Shown: piece by piece, positions 1-12,790 of the stretch | Numbering within the stretch: position 1 is the first letter of the stretch | How the letters are laid out: every line of letters begins with the position of its first letter | Assembly (NCBI GenBank): GCA_002269645.1 | Contig: NIVC01000255.1 | Coordinates: 310,001 to 374,000 of the forward strand | From: Macrostomum lignano | Taxonomy: Eukaryota | DNA: 64,000 bases | Direction of reading: 5' to 3' | The notes under the pieces: generated by a model | Told to the model about the DNA's origin: nothing | Seen by the model: the letters and a program-made list of their open reading frames with translations, nothing else | The model's database searches: none | Made by a program: the position numbers and the translations under genes

Positions 1-500
1 TTTATCAACAGTACACTCAACCTGACCATTGGTAGTTGTGCAGGTTAGCCGAAAAGCCATGTCGGCGGGACTGTGCAGTGGAGCCAGGGCAACTCTTTCG
101 ATTGGCCCTTCAATGACAGGGTTCAGCCAGCCACCTTAACCTTCACTGGATAGCATCACGTGCTAGATGGTCTAAATGTACAAAGCAACGTACTTTTAGT
201 AGACACTTAAGGTCGAGGTCAGCAAGTTGCAGAAATTTTGCCGCTGCCATCACAAGCTGCCAATAGGCAGACACATAAGTCACCTCTTCAATCTTGGCCT
301 CGGAATCCGCTGAGGCTATACAGCAAATAGCATGCTTGGTGTCGAGGTAGACGCAGTTGAAAACATTTGCGTTAGCGGCTTTGTCCATGCGGGAAAAAGT
401 GCACTGTGCAGAGCACCAGCAAGTCTTCACTTGTCCTTGCGTATGTCCTAAGCAAAATCAAAGGAAATGGCTATGCTAATTTCTCATATATCTCTATAAA

Positions 501-712
501 AATCAAGTCTAAGTCGTGCATGAAACATTGCGGTATGCTTCTCTTATTCTTCTATAGCCCCCGTGAGAGTCAATGAGGATCTGAGGATCTGGGAGGCTGG
601 TGGCCCCAGAAACAGAGGATCTGGGAGACTGGTAGGCCAGGAACTGAGCTGAGGTAAGATGATCTTGGTATAGAAGAATACCGCAATGTTTCATGCACGA
701 CTGGACTTGATT
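501..712. repeat. ~45-bp inverted repeat pair enclosing ~115 bp (MITE-like/foldback); a third, direct copy of the arm lies at ~876-950
   Basis: 501-553 AATCAAGTCTAAGTCGTGCATGAAACATTGCGGTATGCTTCTC is the reverse complement of 671-712 apart from a 1-nt indel and a short duplication. No TSD is evident. Confidence 0.75.
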
Positions 713-1049
713 GTTCAGTGGCTTAATTTTGTTGTATTAATTCTGCACTACTCAAAAAAGCACTCCAGGATTTGTCCCTGGAGTCTCGGAGGGGCTCCTC
801 TCGTGACCGAGGTGCACTTATCTCCGAGCACTGCCACCTGAAACCTGCCACCTGCAGGCACGGTGGACAGCGGCTAAGCTAATTTCTCATATATCTCTAT
901 TAAAATCAAGTCTAAGTCGTGCATGAAACATTGTGGTATGCTTCTCTTCTCATGCTTCTCTATATGCTTATATAGGGAATTATATAGGGAATTCTCTATA
1001 TGCTTCTCGTCCTCATTTCCGGCGCAGCCCGTATGTAACCCGGGTCTGC

Positions 1050-1270
1050 CGCGGGCGCAGTTGGCGAACAGTGCTGCGGTTGCGGCTGCTGCTGGCGGCG
1101 CCAGTGTCCGCGGCGGCGGCACCAGTGCCCGCGGGGGCGCTGACCGCGGACCGCGGTGGCGCTGCTGCTGGTGCGGCTGCTGCTGGTGCGGCTGCTGCTG
1201 GCGTGGCGGCTGGCGACCCTAGCGGCGTGGCAGCGGGGGGTAGCGGCGTGGCGCTGTCGCTGCTGCTGTC

Positions 1271-1302
<32 letters not shown>

Positions 1303-1420
1303 CACTGCTGCTGCTGCTGCTGCTGTCGCCATTGCCGCCGTCGTCTTCATTCGCGCCGCCGCCGCCGCCGCCGACAGCAACGTCTCGATGACGGCGGTGG
1401 CGGCGTCGATCGCGAGCTGC
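1050..1420. repeat. GC-rich (GCT)n/(GCC)n trinucleotide low-complexity tract
   Basis: Long CTG/GCG runs. The overlapping ORFs are poly-A/C/L/R artefacts. Confidence 0.85.
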
Positions 1421-1876
1421 CAGCGCGGCCGCCCAAAAATGACCGGCGTCAGAGCTGCCTGCACAGCCGCTTTAAACGCCTTTAAACGACAAAAAGTCCA
1501 TGGATATATTGAAGTCCGGCGATGTAGTACAGAACCTACAACGGTGTAAAGCAGATAAAAGAATGGAGCATTTATTTAAAACTACCCGAGTCACGATTCT
1601 TATCCCCATAATCTCACGATTCTGCCCAGAATCTCACCAAGAGTCACCCAGAATCTCATCCTAGAATCTCTTCCCAAAACCTCTTCCCAGAATATCCCCA
1701 GAATCAGACGATTCTTGCCCCAGATTCGCCGGGGTTCAACACTGTTTTGAAGCCTAAAATCTCAACTTTCTTTCAGTATTTTTAATTTTTCCCTTATCAT
1801 CAAATAACTACTTTTAGTAGTTTTTAAGCTATATATCTATGCGATTCTACAGACTCCAAAAACAAATTTTATAAGT

Positions 1877-2167
1877 TTATAAAACATGCAACCTACGGCA
1901 TGATTCCGAGCATATTTCATGCCCTGCGGAATGTTCTGCGGCGGACCTAGCGGTCCATGGGGTTTTAGCAAAATCCAGCTGAATTGCCAGCGCTTTTCGA
2001 AGACTGTCTGAGTTCATTTCCGAAGCTGTGCCTTGCAATTGATCCGCCATAGCCGAAAAGAAGCAGTTTCCATCACCTGGGATACGCTTCAACCAGCAGG
2101 CAGACAAAGGCACCCATTGTGGGGCACGGCCAACTTGGACCGTCGCTCGGTCCTCTGTGTCATTTAC
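1877..2167 (-). pseudogene. OTU-like cysteine protease/deubiquitinase exon fragment
   Basis: Translation contains LKRIPGDGNCFFSAMADQL, the OTU Cys-box (D-G-N-C) followed by the typical helix. The frame stays open upstream to a possible acceptor near 2167. No His-box is visible in this exon. Confidence 0.7.
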
Positions 2168-3100
2168 CTTTAAAGGTTAAAATACATATACTTTTTGTAT
2201 TCAAGAATTGGATCAGCTTGCCTTGGTCTGCCTTTACAGCACTATAGTGCTAGTGCTTTACAACCCTCAAAAAACTTATATCTGCAGTGACTTAAGTGAC
2301 TACCGAAAACCTCACTTTCAAAACTAAAACTACTAATCTTAATTTTCCATAAAAAACCCACCCAACCAGCAAAAAGTCCTCCAACGAGATTGGTTTAAAA
2401 ATGGCGCTTTAAATATTGGTGAAAGAATATTCCTTGCTCGAACCATGACCTTTCAAGATTGCTCCTCCCCTAAGTCTTAAACCTAGACTGTAAAAAACGT
2501 CAGTCGAACCAAATAAAGGACATCACAATACTGCATTGACGAAATACAAAGTAACAGTTGTGGAATGTCTCTATTGAGAAATCTAAGATATGGCCAAACA
2601 TCCCAGAAATTCTTGAATAACAGTTGTGTCACTTGTAGATTCTAATATCAGCTTTAATCTTTATTTAAAAAGCTATATACCCATAATAGACAGTAAACTA
2701 AGGCATGGCTTACCGTCAGTGTGGCAAAAACCTGCTTTAAGTGCAGCAGCTTAGTCCAATTCAGCTTGTTGTCTTGTTAGTTCATCCGTAGTAGACACGA
2801 CAACAAGAATTTGGCACTCTAAAGCACATTACGGCGAGTATACTAAGTTATTAGCTTATAATTCAAGCATATAGATTGCAATAGCGTTCTAAACTTTATC
2901 ATCCATGTTATGAATCCATGTTATGTTATGAAATCTTATGAAATGAAATAAAGTTTTATGAAATAGTCGTTTTATGAATCCAACTATTCGTACAATTGGC
3001 GTACAATTAAATTAGTTCCTTTACAACCTATTTGTCCGTAAAATTGGCAATTGCAAGAAGTAACACTAACCACGAGTGTCGTTCCAGAATTCACACTCCC

Positions 3101-3367
3101 CTAAGGCAGCAGCAGCATTGCGCAATTCGCAGTCCACAGTCGCATCTCCTTTAAGATAGATGCATCAGCAGCAGCAGCAACCATGAAACTCGTAACTTCC
3201 GACGCTACAGTAGCGACAGCAGGAGTGTTTGTTTCGGCCTCAGGAGCAGCAGCAGCAGAAGGTTTGCCTGTCTTGCAATCAATAGCGGCGGCGGGCTTCT
3301 TTTTAGACTCGAATGGACGCCCGAAGGTAACGCGCCTAGCCTTCCTTCCAGGTCTTTTCGGCGGCAT
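3101..3367 (-). pseudogene. Probable 5' exon of a decayed gene (basic N-terminus MPPKRPGRK), possibly the same gene as the OTU exon
   Basis: ATG-initiated, GC-rich ORF in AT-rich surroundings. A splice-like exon with a GTAAG donor at ~2712 lies between it and the OTU exon. Confidence 0.35.
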
Positions 3368-3959
3368 ACTCCTTAATAATTGTTTAAAGTTTTATGAAGT
3401 AGTAAAGTGTTATGAAGTAAATAAGATTTAAACCTAAACAACTTTTGCTTTTCTGTTTTGAAACAAAACAAGGCAACAAGGCAAGAGTTAAAGAAAAATT
3501 TAGACTATATCGGTAGCAATAAAATTCCTTAAATATTATAAATAGGCAACAGCTACAGACTACAAATAAAATAGGCGATACTTGAGGAATGACAAACTAT
3601 TTATTTAATTAAAAACCAGTGTTCACTACAAATATGTCTACAAATAGAACTGCAAGTACAAACAACAAAAAGTAAATAATATATGCAGGAGAAAATGAAG
3701 CAGATATCAATAATACAAACAATAAAATGAAAATGTTGATTCTGCAATGCAAATGCGAAATGTATTAGCCAATTACAGATATTTCAATTTTCAATGTTTG
3801 AAGAAGATAGGGTTAGTTTCTTTTCATTCGAAGTCGTTTAATTCCAGGATTGCGCGCTGCTGTCTTCTTTTAACAGAATATTTTATTACTATTTTATTTA
3901 GTTCTACATTTTGACTTAATCTAACTTCAGCTATTGCTTAGCAACTGAATATTTAGCTA

Positions 3960-4061
3960 AGCATGTCATCAATGCATTAAGTGCATACATAAAAAAACAA
4001 ATTTTATTGTTACAGACATTGTCAGACCCGGATTTAGATATATAATTTTTAGTATATAGGA
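3960..4061 (-). mobile_element. 5' end of a Lep1-like non-autonomous Helitron (3' end not located; start coordinate arbitrary)
   Basis: Minus strand reads A|TCCTATATACTAAAAAT, the same terminus as the complete copies at 14508 and 44387. Confidence 0.55.
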
Positions 4062-4089
4062 TCTGTAAAAACTAGTGACAAAAGTTCTA

Positions 4090-4680
4090 CAGATTATGGC
4101 AGGGGGGCGCCAAGTATAAAATATCGGTACATAGCGCCCCGCTGCCAACGGTACCTTGGCCACCGGTAACAAGCGGAACGGATGAAGGGCTGCTGCGGCT
4201 GCCAGCGTATGATGAGCCTTTGTGCGCTCTGCCAGTCCGGTCGAGCACTCATCAGGCGCGAGGCTGAGGCGAATACAAGTACAGGCATTGAGGCAGAAGC
4301 AAACCAAACGTTGTGTCAGCCGTCGCAGTCATCTTGCGGCCCTTTTCTTTGACAGGAAAGCTTTCCTGAATGAAAGCAAGTTCCTCGCAGCTAATTTGCT
4401 CAGGGTCGGGTCATAATTCAAACTGTGGCTGAGTCCTACCAGCAGCTAGTGCTGCTGCAGCCGCTGTCGGAGGTGGCGCTGGCGGGTTCGGCACATTGGC
4501 TGATGCTGCTGCAGACGTTGCAGGTGGCGGGGGCGGCTGAGGTACATCCGAAAATTGGACGTCCTCTAATACTCCCACAACGTCAAACTGCGTGTTGTCA
4601 GGGTCATCATCACTATCGCCGTAGGGCATAAGGCCGAAACCAGGCAAAGAGGATGACCTTCGACTCTGCACAGGCCTTGC
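4090..4680 (-). pseudogene. Decayed coding segment of unknown family (acidic/Pro-Ala region, then Cys/His-containing region)
   Basis: GC-rich overlapping ORFs (4411-4671, 3969-4307, 4094-4288) linked by stops and frameshifts. Confidence 0.3.
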
Positions 4681-4789
4681 CTTTTCGGCCAGCAGGGGTG
4701 TTTAGAGCTGCTGAGGCCTCGCTAGCCCGCATTCAAAGCAATGTCTTGCTCGGACAGCCAGCTGGCCGCGATCTCTGCCAACTGCAGAC

Positions 4790-5020
4790 CGAAGACCGAA
4801 GAGAGAGGATAGGGAATAGAGAGGAGAACTACGAGCGTAGGAGAGGCGAAGGAATAAAGAAGAAGAGAGAAGAAGAGAGAAGAAGAGAGATGGATGACGA
4901 GAGGAGAGACGGAATAAGAGAGGAGAGGAAAGGAGAGAGGAGGGAAGGGAGAAGAGAATAGAGAGGAAAAAGGAGAAGAGAGCGGTGAGGAGAGGGGAGA
5001 GGAGAGGAGAGTAGAGACGA
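4790..5020. repeat. GA-rich low-complexity tract
   Basis: Almost pure A/G sequence on the + strand. Confidence 0.9.
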
Positions 5021-5437
5021 TAGTCATTTGCTTAAGGTGGGATTTCGGCTATTAACTTTATAGCTCTATTAAGTACATGTATAATACTAGAATAAAATGT
5101 GATACGCCGTGGCGGAGAAAAGACCAAAGATTGGGGGGGGGGTGGTTTTGGGCCGAAACCCCCAAATTAGTCCGAAATTTAAACACCCACCTATAATTAT
5201 TGCTATAATAGGTGACTGAATGTCCTTTCACTTTGCATTAGACCCACGATCGAACACAAAGTTCTATAGTTACTTAATTTACGTTTTGAACAAATGACTG
5301 GGGCATAGCTGTCGACTAAGAGAGTAAATTCACACATCGACTTGACTTCCTTTAGTTCCATGTATAAAAGTTAAAATATATTCAGTTTAAATCTTTACGG
5401 ATTGTATTTATATGAATGAATACGCTATAATAAGCCA

Positions 5438-5804
5438 GGCTGCTGGGGTGCTGGAATTGAACTTAATTGGTTGCATTGAACAGCAGTCCTAAGTAATATT
5501 TTTTAAATGTAAATCGGAACAGTGTGCAATGCTTTTTTACTGATTACAACCTGCCAAGCTTATACTATGGTATGATCAATAAATAAGGAAGAAATTAAAG
5601 GCCAAGATTTTCAATTCAAAAAGTGGGCTGGGCAGATCCCTCAGGGCGAACCATTTTATTTAAAACAAAAAATATAATGCACAACAAACCATTTCGCCCC
5701 GAGGGTTCATATCTGATTGTAGGGAAAGTTCTCGGAATTGTCTGTCCGTCTGTCCTTCTGTATGTCTGTCTGTATCGGTCTGTCTGCCTGTCTGTCCTTC
5801 TGTA

Positions 5805-5836
<32 letters not shown>

Positions 5837-6141
5837 CTTCTGTATGTCTGCCTGTCTCTCGGCCTGTCTGTCTGTCTGTCCATCCGTCTGCCTGCTAGCC
5901 TGTCTGTCTGTTTTAATCACAGACAGTGATTTTTTGTGAATTGGTATTATTCTTACCTTAGGGACATCTGTTTAAAAATGTTAAAAAATTCCGAAAACTT
6001 TCCCCACAATCAGATAGCCCAGCCCACCCAGCGCAATTTGTCACAGCCGCAGGCCGCTGCTGCGGAGGCGCCCACCCAGCGCAATTTGTCACAGCCGCAG
6101 GCCGCTGCTGCGGAGGCGCCGAATGCGGCGCCGAGGCAGCG

Positions 6142-6172
<31 letters not shown>

Positions 6173-6242
6173 GGGCGCTAGATCCATCTGGAAAAGAAAC
6201 CAGAGTTGAGTGAAAAGGATCATTTTTCGCACCATCTTGAAA
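5438..6242. mobile_element. Interspersed repeat, copy 1 (DINE-1/HINE-like layout: inverted subterminal repeats around a (CTGT)n microsatellite, then a GC-rich tail)
   Basis: Near-identical to 8309-9361. Internal inverted pair TGATTGTAGGGAAAGTTCTCGGAATT (~5713) / AATTCCGAAAACTTTCCCCACAATCA (~5986), plus GTGGGCTGGGC / GCCCAGCCCAC further out. Confidence 0.7.
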
Positions 6243-6879
6243 ACTGTTGCTTTCGGGTATTCCCTCCCTCAAGCACTGCAGAGGAAAAGTAGCAAATATA
6301 TCTGATTCGCGATCCACTCTGCAAGATCTCTTTTAACCTGAGTTCTTTTGTTAAGAGTTGCTGCGATAACTCCAGTGCCAATGGATCAGTGTGGCGAGAT
6401 CAAGCGCCACCCAAAGACAGCACTCCCAAATACAGCGCCCCCATGGAAGGGCAGTGTGTTCTCGCGCAGTGTGTTTGTTGCATAGATTAATTTGCTATAG
6501 CAAATTTCCTCTGGTGACCAGTCCAGTAATGTGTATTGACAGTCGCAAAGTCATTCGCTATGCCCATAAAACACGATTCTACCTTTCATATCCTTTTTGC
6601 ACTACTTAGTAGTGCGGCTGAAGTACGCGAGGTAAAATAATTTCTTAGCAGCCAAAAATAACAGTCTAAAGAGAAAAAAGAATAAATTATTCTTCTTAGA
6701 CAGTTTGCGCTATGCGCATAAAACACGATTCTGAACGTATATAACTTTGCCAATTAGTTTTTAATTAGCAGGTTGGCAAGCCAAGAACTATACAGGCAGC
6801 AAGTTTAACGGAAAACCAATTTAAGTATTTTTGCACTTTCTGCAGTCCGTCTAGACTGTGTTGTTTATTGCAAAGGCAT

Positions 6880-7340
6880 GCTAGTCTAAATAACGGCGGC
6901 AAGGAATGAGTAAGTTAGTATTCCTGAAGTACAAGTACGTAGCAAGGTTTTACAAATTGAAGATACATCTAGACTGCGCATATCTCTAATTCCCCAATCC
7001 GGTATGTTCTGAAGTTCTGTCCCAGTATACAGGTGGTATACAGTTACTACAGCAATCGTTAGGTAAGTACATGTAAGTGACTGCAGCAAGGTTTTTTAAT
7101 GTTTTCAGTATGCCATTTGTTGTATTCCCGAATGCAACAAAATCAGTTTTAGCGCCGCAGGCACTCATTTTAGCACCGCAGGCACTCATTTTAGCGCCGC
7201 AGGCACTCCTTTTAGCTCCACAGGCACTCATTTTAGCACTAAAAGTAAGCACTGGTATTTGGGCCTTAGAAAAGAATACCGACAGGCAACTCATTTTTAT
7301 TAAATAAGATACAGACAACTCATTTTTAGGATATATAGGA
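6880..7340 (-). mobile_element. Lep1-like Helitron 5' end with internal 21-bp tandem repeat (3' end uncertain)
   Basis: Minus strand A|TCCTATATATCCTAAAAATGAG at 7340; about five copies of TTTTAGCGCCGCAGGCACTCA at 7146-7250. Confidence 0.5.
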
Positions 7341-8308
7341 TGCCCGGCGCTTCAGCTTGGCCGGCTCTTACGCCACTATGTATTATTGTATTTCAAATAT
7401 TTTTACAGTATTGGTTACAGTTTGTATATAATGGTGTGCGAGTAATAAAGCAGTGCATCAATATAAATAAATCGAAGTACAGTACAAAATAGATCGAATA
7501 AAAGTAGAGAATTGATATTTGAAAACTGATATGTATTGAATTGTAAAATAGGATTTGACATTATGGAATTAAAAGATATCTCAGTTATTAGGCAATAAAA
7601 TATTGATTACTATTGTGATGGATTTAAGTAGTAAAAAATAGTTTACAGGTATTGTCATGGATACAGAGTAATAAGTGACTGTGGATATCAGTTAATTGCT
7701 CATTAATTGGTAACGTATGTAAACAGTCAACATTCAGTGTAAATTTATAGCGTAGCATGACTAGAGAGCTTTATGGTAGCTATAGCGAAGATATTAAAAT
7801 TGTCAATGTTAGTCAGTTAATTCCGTTTTCACTGAACTAAAGTTACTAAACCAATAATTAAACTGGTTTAAAATAAGCATTCATATGCTTCTCACTTTCA
7901 ACTCGTCTTGCTATGGTGACAAAAGTATCCAGGTATCCAGGTGCAGATTTGTGGTGCCCCTATGGCATCGCAGCGGCCAGGCCATAGGCGTTGAATATCC
8001 TGGGCCCCAGGTCCGGCTAGATTAAAAAGCCGGCAGCCCAGAGCTCCGGCAACGGCAGAGCGCGCTCGAAGCCCTCGTAGCGATCGGGCAGAATCTGAAT
8101 GAGAGTGCAAAATGTTTTTAACTGGTTAGTTTTGTCTTCGTTACATATTGCTGAAGACCCAGGGTGGATTCTGGAGGGTATTTGCTTAAGACGAACGAGT
8201 CAATTGTGGATGGAATGTACTTATCTGTTGTAGTAGGATGCAATAACTCGTAGGATGGTAGGATGCAGTGCCGCCAAGTATCAGAACGTAGCCGAGTGGC
8301 CAAACCAA

Positions 8309-8705
8309 GGCTGCTGGGGTGCTGGAATTGAACTTAATTGGTTGCATTGAACAGCAGTCCTAAGTAATATTTTTTTAAATGTAAATCGTAACAGTGTGCA
8401 ATGCTTTTTTACTGATTACAACTTGCCAAGCTTATACTATGGTATGATCAATAAATAAGGAAGAAATTAAAGGCCAAGATTTTCAATTCAAAAAGTGGGC
8501 TGGGCAGAACCCTCTGGGCAAACCATTTTATTTTATCTTATCTTTACTTTATCTTACATTTTACATACATACATAACACAACAAACCATTTCGCCCTGAG
8601 GGTTCATATCTGATTGTAGGGAAAGTTCTCGGAATTGTCTCTCTGTCTGTCCTTCTGTCTGTCTGTCTGTCTGTCTGTCTTAGTGTCTGTCTGTCTGTCT
8701 GTCTT

Positions 8706-8739
<34 letters not shown>

Positions 8740-8741
8740 CT

Positions 8742-8780
<39 letters not shown>

Positions 8781-8809
8781 TAGTGTCTGTCTGTCTGTCT
8801 GTCTGTCTG

Positions 8810-8850
<41 letters not shown>

Positions 8851-8857
8851 TTCTTAG

Positions 8858-8890
<33 letters not shown>

Positions 8891-8929
8891 TTCTGTCTGT
8901 CTGTCTGTCTTAGTGTCTGTCTGTCTTAG

Positions 8930-8969
<40 letters not shown>

Positions 8970-9429
8970 ATTCTGTATGTCTGTCTGTCTCTCGGCCTGT
9001 CTGTCTGTCTAAAAATGTCTGTCCGTTTAAAAATGTTGAAAAATTCCGAAAACTTTCCCCACAATCATATAGCCCAGCCCACCCAGCGCAATGCGCAATT
9101 TGACAAATGCGCAAATCACGAAATCAGTCCGTCAGCCGAAATCAGTCCGTCAGCCGCAGGCCGCTGCTGCGGAGGCGCCGAATTCGGCGCCGAGGCAGCG
9201 GCGGCGGTGGTGGACGCGGCGGCGGCGGTGGTGGCGGCGGCGGTGGTGGACGCGGCGGCGGCGGTGGTGGCGGCGGCGGCGGTGGTGGCGGTGGCGCTTG
9301 ATCCATCTGGAAAAGAAACCAGAGTTGAGTGAAAAAAACCATTTTTCGCACCATCTTGAAACCATAATGATGAATTGCGTCACTTAAAACATGATGCTAG
9401 TGTATGTCTAGAAACCATAGTGCACATGT
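8309..9429. mobile_element. Interspersed repeat, copy 2 (same family as 5438-6242) with an expanded (CTGT)n at 8635-9020
   Basis: Direct sequence identity with copy 1. The 3' part also matches 20390-20593. Confidence 0.75.
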
Positions 9430-9839
9430 CCTCCTCATACTACTTTTAGTAGCCTACTCTTCCTAGTTGTCTCGCAGGTCACTCAGATACTCAGGGTGAA
9501 CCTCCTGGATTTAAAGGTCTGTGTTCAGTATATTGCTTGTGTATAGGAAAAATTTGTGTGCTTTGGGAGCACTAGAAACGGTGGGAAAGAGAAAAGTGGA
9601 TGGCTATGTAATCCTACTAAATTAGTTACGCCATGAAGATTTTAACATTAGGATTCGCATAAGGTTTTTTAATTTTTTAATTTCAATTTTTTTAATCTAA
9701 ATGGCCTCCTCATAGAAACCAGATTTCCTTGGTTGTTACACTGCCGCAGACTGTGATGGAGCTGGAGATACACAAATTCCTCTTAGGGCTGCTGATTGAT
9801 TAGTTTCAATATTTAAGTTTTAATTTCAAGTTGAAATAG

Positions 9840-10415
9840 GAAGTTTCAACTCTGTAACTCAACCGAAAAAGAAACTGTAAGCATGTGAAGTTTGTCTGCT
9901 TTTGCTGTTGTTTTTGCCACTCACTCGCTCATTCCCCCAGCCCAGATGAAGGGTCAGGCGATAGGGCTGAATGTACATAGCAAATTTTTTTAGAATAACT
10001 TTTTAATAGCCTTCTGTGTACCCCCGCGCGTGGAAAGGCTACGTTTAGCCATGACAGTTTAGTGAGAAATTCTAACCACTGTCCTCTGTATTGGCAAACT
10101 CTACAGCAGTTTAACAGTGGATTGCAAATCGAGGGAATTCAGCATGGTTTGTAAAAGCGAAAGATTTATGAAAAGGCGATGCAATGCAATACAACCCTAC
10201 TAAATTAGTCACACCATGGAAATTTTAGGTTTCTCTTAAAAGTACTTTGAATTTTAAATTTCCTCCTAAGAAATGCGTATTTCCTTTGTTGTTAGACTGC
10301 TGCAGACTGCAGTGGAGATGAAAATACACAAATTCCTTTCAGGACTGCAAATTGGCAAGAAAGAAGACGTGATCAAAGCATGAGAACAGCCATGAGAGTA
10401 CTAAGAGAGGAAAGA
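9840..10415 (+). repeat. Interspersed repeat family; other copies at 48058-48630 (+) and ~11620-11940 and ~12020-12400 (-)
   Basis: Shared blocks such as TTTCAACTCTGTAACTCAACCGAAAAAGAAACTGTAAGCATGTGAAGTTTGTCTGC and GATCAAAGCATGAGAACAGCCATGAGAGTACTA. Confidence 0.85.
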
Positions 10416-12119
10416 AGACGGGAGAGAGAGCAGAGGAGAGACAACGGGAGAGAAGTGGAGTAAGACAGACACTAAGAAAGACATTGGGACAGACACTAAG
10501 ATAGACACTAGGATAGATAACAGATATGACAGAAATAACTATATATAGCTTATTACTAAATATATATATATAGCTTATTATGAACTGTAAATATTTACCT
10601 ATAATAAATGTCTAAGTCTGTTATAACTAAATGCGCATAGCTTAAAACTCACTATATATGCTTATAACTAAGCAAATATTGGTTATTATAAAGCGTATTA
10701 TCAAAGTAAGACTCTAGGAAGTCGAACAATTTTATAGTTCAAAATGCCATCCACAATTTTTGCAAGCGAAAATCACAATAAAAAACTTGGCGCCAAGTCT
10801 TATGACGCTCGTTGAAAGAATAATCTAATATATTCCATTGAAAAAACTTGATATCGTGCGCTTGCAGCAAAACTGAATTTTACTAAGAATTATTCAAACA
10901 GTGGCATTTTTGCTTTAAAATTATTCGATTCCTTGAACTTACCTGTATTTAAAGACAAATTAAAAATAACCAAGTATAGCCGTTAGGCTTGCGCTCAAAT
11001 ATTTATACTCTATGCAGGCCTATGCTTAAAATGAGACAAGGATAGAATTTTCTTTCCAGCTCTTTATATAAGCTCCTTGATACTGGTGAATAAAGCCACA
11101 AATTAACTTACACCGTGGGTGGTGGCCGTCGTTGAATCAAAAAGCGAGAGGCTCATTAATCAAAGGGAGGGGTTGGCTTGCCTAACTCACCGTGGGAGAA
11201 TTCTCATTGGCCTGCGTGCTCAGTTTTGGGGTGGGTGTAGAACGGTGGCCCTCTCTCAATGTACGATAACTCCTAGTATGCTGCTTGCAAGTCAGCGTTC
11301 AAACTTTTATGGGAAAACTATTCGACTATATATAATATACTAGAATTTAGAATTAGAATTTATAATGTATATTAGTACATATAGAATATATACGAGCGTA
11401 TGGTCAGACACACAAGACAGACAAATCTGCTGGCTCATCAGTTCAAGTGCTTGGAAGGTCAGTTTGTCATTGTGGGGGGACAGAATACTCTCAAGTCGCA
11501 ATCAGATAGCTCGTAGTAGGACAGTAGTTGAATTCCTTACTGTACTGTCATGGCTTAACGTTACCAGAGAAGGCTATAAAAAATTATTTCAACTTTCCCT
11601 CACAGTTATCCCTATCACCTGATCCTTGTCTGGGGGAATGAGTGAGTGCAGTAGCACAAACAACAAAAAGCAGACAAACTTCACATGCCTACAGTTTCTG
11701 TTCTAACTGAAGTACAAAGTTGAGACTTTATATTTAGACAGAGAATGAGTCAATAAAGAATTGTATAAAGTTTGAAGTCAATCGCTGTATACGTGGAGCA
11801 AACTTGTGTCAGCTGAAAGTTATTCAATTTTAAACCCCTTTCACACATCTGTCTAGTGGCCAGGAAGGAGAGAGACGGAGGTTGGGGTGGCTGTCTCGCT
11901 GACGAAAAGCAGACTAACTTTAAAAGTACACAGTGCCGTTCATAATTAACTTAGAGACTCGAAACTTTATACGATTGTGTCAAAATAGTTGTTCAAATAG
12001 TTGTGTCAAAAAGTACAAAGTTTGGACTTTATATTTCGACAAATAATAAGTCATTGAAGAATTGTATAAAGTTTGAAGTCAATGGCTGTATACGTGGAGC
12101 AAACTTGAATTGAATTCAA

Positions 12120-12250
12120 TTGAATCTGGAATCTGAGATCTGGAATCTGAAATCTGAGATTTAAGATCTGAGATCTGGGATCTGGAATCTGAGATCTGGG
12201 ATCTGGAACCTGAAAACTGGGATCTGAGATCTGGGATCTGGAATCTGAAA
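12120..12250. repeat. TCTGAGA/TCTGGAA/TCTGGGA short tandem repeat (also 14035-14115 and 18110-18215)
   Basis: Visible 7-bp periodicity. Confidence 0.85.
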
Positions 12251-12399
12251 TATACGTGGAGCATACTTGTGTCAGCTGAAAGTTAGTCAATTTTAAACCC
12301 CTTTCACACATCTGTCTAGTGGCCAGGAAGGAGAGAGACGGAGGTTGGGGTGGCTGTCTTGCTGACAAAAAGCAGACTAACTTTAAAAGCTTTAAAAGC

Positions 12400-12790
12400 G
12401 CGGGAAAGCTCGAATTGGCGCCGGAAGCTAAATTTGGCGCCAGGATCCCCAAATTGGCGCCAGGATCGCCGAATCAGCGCTGAAATGCTGAAATCAGCGC
12501 GAGAGGACCCAAACTAGCCCTGGAAAGCTCAAAATAGCGCTGGAAAGCTCAAATTGGCGCGGGAAAGCTCGAATTGGCGCCGGAAGCTAAATTTGGCGCC
12601 AGGATCCCCAAATTGGCGCCAGGAACCCCAAATCAACTCAAGAAGGCCCAAACCAGCCCTAGGAAGCTCAAACTAGCCCTGGAAAGCTCAAACTAGCACT
12701 GGAAAGCTCAAATTGGCGCGGGAAAGCTCGAATTGGCGCCGGAAGCTAAATTTGGCGCCAGGATCCCCAAATTGGCGCCAGGATCGCCGA
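12400..12790. repeat. ~20-bp minisatellite (AAATTGGCGCC...GGAAAGCTC variants)
   Basis: Tandem units with a higher-order repetition. Confidence 0.85.

Noticed and set aside
5030-5050. TTAA|GGTGGG as a Kolobok terminus (also CC|TTAA at ~52550)
   Set aside because: No matching opposite end in the right orientation was found.
8635-9332. CLSV/TDRQ-repeat ORFs (also 5623-5929, 19456-20272 upstream part, 39053-39418)
   Set aside because: Translations of (CTGT)n microsatellites.
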